Of a DNA stretch of 48,419 nucleotides, positions 47,445 to 48,419 are shown piece by piece; positions within the stretch are counted from its first letter, which is position 1; every line of letters starts with the position of its first letter. Source of the stretch: a virus. Taxonomy: Duplodnaviria > Caudoviricetes. The stretch spans positions 1 through 48,419 of the IMG/VR virus record IMGVR_UViG_3300050015_000776. One strand, 5' to 3'. The notes under the pieces are model-generated. The model had not been told where the DNA came from and did not search any database. It worked only from the letters and a program-made list of their open reading frames with translations. Position numbers and translations under genes: made by a program.

Positions 47445-47496
47445 GGGTTCCAGGAAGACGGTCAGGCGCCAAGCGGCGCACTCAATCAAACGCGGT

Positions 47497-47676
47497 CTAA
47501 CCCTCCACGACGCGCAGGCGCGGCGTGGCTGCGGGATCATCCCGCTGCGAAAGTTCGTAGATCAGCCGTCCAATCGCCATCTCCAGCGAGTTGCCGCTTG
47601 CTTCGGCGATGCGCACGCCCTTGCGCTCAAGCCAGGCGGTCACCGTGCGGCCCTGCAGTTCGTAGTGAATCGTCAT
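47497..47676 (-). CDS. Small hypothetical protein
   Basis: ATG directly after the upstream stop. Confidence 0.5.
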   Translation of the reverse strand: MTIHYELQGRTVTAWLERKGVRIAEASGNSLEMAIGRLIYELSQRDDPAATPRLRVVEG

Positions 47677-47677
47677 T

Positions 47678-47938
47678 TCACGCGTCAATTCCCACCACAC
47701 CGACCAAAAGCGTCGAAGGCGAACATTGCAGCCCCGTGCAGATCCGCGTAAGTTGCGTCTGCGTGGCACGCCTGCCCTGCCACCAGAACCATCCGACATA
47801 GCCCGCGGGCGTTCCGCAGCCCATCACGAACTGCTCGACGGTCAGGCCCGGATGTTCCGCTGCCGCGCGGATATGCGCCTCGGTGTGCGGATCATCCACG
47901 CCGGTCTCGCGGTTCAGGAGTGCGATGAGTGCGCGCAT
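47678..47938 (-). CDS. Hypothetical protein
   Basis: Packed in the operon. Confidence 0.5.
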   Translation of the reverse strand: MRALIALLNRETGVDDPHTEAHIRAAAEHPGLTVEQFVMGCGTPAGYVGWFWWQGRRATQTQLTRICTGLQCSPSTLLVGVVGIDA

Positions 47939-47967
47939 TTAGGTGCCGTCGAGGACAAAAAGGTTGC

Positions 47968-48419
47968 CTACTGGTTGATCCACGCCGCCCCGTTCCACCA
48001 CCATCCCGAGTAGCTCAAAAAGCCGCTGGTATAGCTGGCCTGCACGTTGGCGTATTGCGTAACCATCATGGCCGAAACCGTTGCACTGGGCGTGCTGGCG
48101 CTGATCGTCAAAGCGCCCACAGACTCTACGGTTGTTCCTGCCACAATCGCCGCATTCTCAGCAGCACTCGCGCCGGACCATGCACTCACCGGGCAGGTTG
48201 TTCCATTTGTCCCGAGATTGCAAACGAGTGGTACTGGCTTGGTCGTGGTGTTCCAGAACACATACTGCATGGAGATGTTGCCGCTGGATGCAATTGGTTG
48301 AGAACCAATGTTGACGATCTGCTTGGCCGGAAGGACCGTGCCCCCCGATGCTGGACCGTTGCAGGGCGTGGACGCAGGTAGCGTGAACGTGAAAGCATTC
48401 GCCGTCGCCGTGCCAGCCG
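47968..48419 (-). CDS. Ser/Thr/Ala-rich surface- or structural-type protein, 5' truncated
   Basis: The frame is open from the window end (AGTATANAFTFTLP...) to ...GWWWNGAAWINQ. Confidence 0.7.
   Translation of the reverse strand, partial: AGTATANAFTFTLPASTPCNGPASGGTVLPAKQIVNIGSQPIASSGNISMQYVFWNTTTKPVPLVCNLGTNGTTCPVSAWSGASAAENAAIVAGTTVESVGALTISASTPSATVSAMMVTQYANVQASYTSGFLSYSGWWWNGAAWINQ

Overview
The window is a nearly complete, GC-rich temperate siphophage genome with a lambda-like head module, in its excised (attP) form. Almost all genes are on the minus strand. The contig is opened inside a block of secreted or surface-type genes between gpW and the portal, and ORFs run off both ends. Minus-strand order: portal, S49 protease/scaffold, decoration protein, gpE-type capsid, neck, tail tube, frameshifted tail chaperones, tape measure, tail tip and fibre, beta-propeller, lipoprotein and papain-like peptidase. 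Then come a divergent RHH-like switch, excisionase, a catalytic-domain-only tyrosine integrase and a tRNA-Asn attP. These are followed by ERF, RusA-like, DUF5131, HNH and DUF1376-type replication genes, a holin, a lambda-like cos, ParB, two DNA methyltransferases, terminase and gpW. The most striking observation is a split ParB-methyltransferase module. The usual fusion protein is cut exactly at its linker (DLWLLG|RHRLLCGD). The ParB half ends in a CxxC half-knuckle, and two different downstream methyltransferases each begin with a CxxC half-knuckle. This suggests zinc-bridged, interchangeable subunits. Both methyltransferases also carry non-canonical catalytic motifs. Family assignments come from motif recognition by eye, not from database searches.
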